A stretch of DNA of 51,234 bases, the filler included, from Sphacelaria rigidula (taxonomy: Eukaryota), in assembly GCA_964200075.2 (NCBI GenBank). It is 3 parts of 3 records of this genome, joined end to end, with 100 filler letters (N's around TTAATTAATTAA, not from the genome) between each part and the next. Parts side by side here need not be neighbours in the genome. Positions count along the whole stretch, not along the records: positions 34,225 to 51,234 come from CAXNAA020001188.1; 2 more parts are not named here. One strand, given 5' to 3'. Shown here piece by piece: positions 48,852 to 51,234 of the stretch; the first letter of the stretch is position 1; every line of letters starts with the position of its first letter. The position numbers were made by a program, and so were the translations under genes. The notes below the pieces were generated by a model. The model was not told the origin of the DNA. It made no database searches and saw only the letters and a program-made list of their open reading frames with translations.

Positions 48852-49925
48852 TGGAGGTATCTCAAGCTCGGTTCCCTGGTTTATTCGCTGCTGGCTCTGG
48901 GTTTTGTTCTATTTTTTCAAGTGGAAGTGATGGCGATTCATAAGAGGACCTGACCTGGTGGTGAAGGGATCTGTCTCATCATCTGATGAATCGCCATCAC
49001 TTTCACTTGAAAAAGTAGAACAAAACAATCCAGGAAACCGGGAACCGAGTTTGAGATACCCCTAGCAACAGAGGTATCTCGAGCTCCGTTCCCGGTTTCC
49101 TGGTTTACTTGCCGGCCCTGGGTTTTGTACTCTGTTTTCAAGTGAAAGTGATGGCGATTCATGGGAGGGCCTGACTTATCGGTCAAGGGGTCTCATCATT
49201 TGATGCATCACTTTCACTTGAAAAATAGACCAAAACAAACCAGGAAACCGGGAATCTCGAGTTTGAAATACCTCTAACAATGGAGGTATACCCCGAACTC
49301 GAGATTTCCGTTATACTGAACATACTATGAGCTGAAGTCGGTCGCCCCGGTGGCTGGCTGAGTTGGTGACCTCCTAACCTTCTGGGTTGGGTTGTGGGTT
49401 GGAATCTCGGCGCGATCTGGGATATTTTCTCACGCAATGCCCAACAACAGTGGAGAGCGACTATGTCGTGGGTACACAAAATTCGACTTAACGGTCGACG
49501 ATGGAAAGGGGCTGCTGAGGCCCTCTCGTGGTAGCAATATAAGGCAAGCACCGCAGAAGGAAGGTGGAGAGCTAAAACATTGAAAATAAACAATAACTCC
49601 TGTGTTGACCTTCCTCCTGTGTGACCCCGGCTGGTGCGCCCACATATACCGAAAGGTGAAGACCGAAATTCAGAATAAATGGGATGACAACGTACAATAA
49701 CACACTATGGATAACAAATTGAGGCAAGCACCGCAGGAGGAAGGTGGAAAACTGGAACAAATAAAAAATAAAAACTCCTGTCTTTTACCTTTCCTCCGGT
49801 GTGATCTCAGCTGGTGCGCCCACTCACACCGAAAGGTGTAGACCGGCGTCCAGAATAAATGGGATGACGCACAATACACTATTATTGAATATCCCGGGAA
49901 CTACGAGTTTGAGATACCTCTATTG
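48852..49925. mobile_element. Cluster of long-TIR MITEs (family E)
   Basis: Two ~205-bp foldback units (about 48854-49062 and 49071-49274) GAGGTATCTC.AGCTC.GTTCCC...GGGAA.CGAGTTTGA.ATACC; a third pair of ends (49283 and 49895-49922) brackets the SINEs. Confidence 0.7.
49337..49880 (+). mobile_element. Full family C SINE (49337-49705) plus a second tandem 3' fragment (49720-49880)
   Basis: Head GTCGGTCGCCCCGGTGGCT...GGGTTGGAATCTCGG; the segment AGGCAAGCACCGCAG...CAGAATAAATGGGATGAC occurs twice in tandem. Confidence 0.75.
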
Positions 49926-50595
49926 CAACAGGTTGGATACTCTGGCTGTCAAGGCGTCAACAAACTCTCGGCTCGGCTTTGCAAAAAATCGATTCACCCA
50001 CCCAATCTAACATCACACATTAGAACTTGTGTATGATGATGTGAGTATGCCCGACACATCAATCATCATCCCCAGAAAAATACCCGCCCCCACGCCATTT
50101 CCTACGGGATAATCAGCTGGAGATTCTTGCCTTGAAATTCAGGTCGTTCTTATCGCGGAGGAGCATTTCCACGTCAAAACAAAATGAAACAAAGTTTCGT
50201 TTGGAATACATGGTACTTACCCTTCGACTGCTCTCAGAGTTTTTGATGATTATTCGGATCGGGGTATAATTTCTTTGCTGTGTTTGAAAAAAAGTTCAGG
50301 CTCGAGTGCTCGGAGGCTTGATTGTGTTCGGAGATATTGATATATTTATCGAAGGGGCTTTGGCTTGTAAAAACCAAGTCAAAAGCGTGCGGATTGAAAT
50401 ACACGATACCTACCCCTCGGACGTATCCATGCTTTTCGAACGGACATATTTTGAACTTTGAAGAGAAAGTTCAGGCCCGGAGGGTCTCTCTAATGATCAT
50501 TGAGATGAATTCACGATTTCTGATGTTGTATCGGGTTCCGGCTCCAGCCACGAAAATGCTGTGGAGCACTTACTATCAACTGCGTGCGACGAGCC

Positions 50596-50597
<2 letters not shown>

Positions 50598-50644
<47 letters not shown>

Positions 50645-50830
50645 CACCCGCCCCCCTCCCCGGGGCACGGGGGGCGGGGCGTGGAGGGGGGAGGGGGCTG
50701 GTCGTGGTNNNNNNNNNNTTTTTTGTGGGGTCCCGGCCCCACCCCCAAAAAGTGTGGGGACACCTTCCTACCACCTGCGGGCGCCGCCCCCACCCCCCCC
50801 CCCCCCCCCCCCCCTCCCTACCCCTCCCTT
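50598..50830. repeat. Poly-C and G-rich low-complexity tract with a small N gap
   Basis: Long C runs at 50598-50643 and about 50787-50828; N run at 50709-50718; likely low-quality sequence. Confidence 0.8.
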
Positions 50831-51123
50831 CCTAGGGAGAAACGAGACATTTCGGGGGGAAATGTGGGTGGTGAATGAAGGTGGCATGGTATCGTTTGTT
50901 ATTTTGGACGGTAGAGAGGAAACGATCGCGATACTAGGAGACACATTGTGGCCACAGATGGCGAAACAGGAAGGGGTTCTGAGATGTCAGAGGTTTTTGT
51001 GTAATGTTTGGAAGAAGGGCAATAAGCGCCGAAATGTTCGAGGTGTCTCCATCAGAGGTGCTCCGTCTCGAGAGGGATTTGTGGCCAATGGTCAACCGGT
51101 TAAGGCAAGCAAAAAGTGAGAAT
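50830..51123 (+). mobile_element. 5'-truncated family A LINE (about 290 bp) between C tracts
   Basis: Translation EETIAILGDTLWPQMAKQ...CNVWKK...NVRGVSIRGAPSREGFVANGQ aligns with the minus-strand C-terminus at 12110-12400. Preceded by poly-C and followed by CCCCCCGGCCCCC. Confidence 0.8.
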
Positions 51124-51136
51124 CCCCCCGGCCCCC

Positions 51137-51234
51137 AGCCTGGTCCGGCGAGAACCCGGCGTGCTCCGTCCCGGCTTTGTAGGGGCGGACCCCCGATGGG
51201 GTTGGCGTCGCTTGGCGATGACGCTGTAAAACAC
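51137..51234 (+). mobile_element. Family B element copy (cut by window end)
   Basis: Starts AGCCTGGTCCGGCG, the same breakpoint as 37771, in the C tract that follows the family A copy. Confidence 0.7.

Noticed and set aside
50322-51119. 265-aa poly-Pro ORF
   Set aside because: Artefact of poly-C runs and an N gap fused to a LINE remnant.

Overview
Eukaryotic, intron- and repeat-rich genomic DNA (no operons, rRNA or CRISPR). Long introns, short GT-AG exons and the repeat types suggest a stramenopile, probably a brown alga (inference). The window is three contigs joined by artificial 100-bp spacers (N44-TTAATTAATTAA-N44 at 17014-17113 and 34125-34224), so adjacency across them is unreliable. 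Contig 1 carries the first seven phase-consistent exons (minus strand, about 397 aa) of a HUWE1/Tom1/UPL1-type HECT E3 ubiquitin ligase N-terminus; its introns hold a decayed LINE and SINEs. Contig 2 has nested chromodomain Ty3/gypsy 3' ends with a delimited LTR, two orphan first exons, a ~183-bp tandem array, a 120-bp-arm hairpin and a frameshifted RTE-like LINE. Contig 3 has isolated exons, a TTAA-joined piggyBac-like MITE array, a long-TIR MITE cluster and SINEs. The most interesting signal is a pair of related non-LTR retroelement families that share a 3' terminus ending ...TGAGTAC(G), show no poly(A) tail and mostly abut C-rich tracts; two ~68-bp copies have the same 5' breakpoint and C-rich flanking direct repeats. 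All coordinates were read by eye and no database searches were run.
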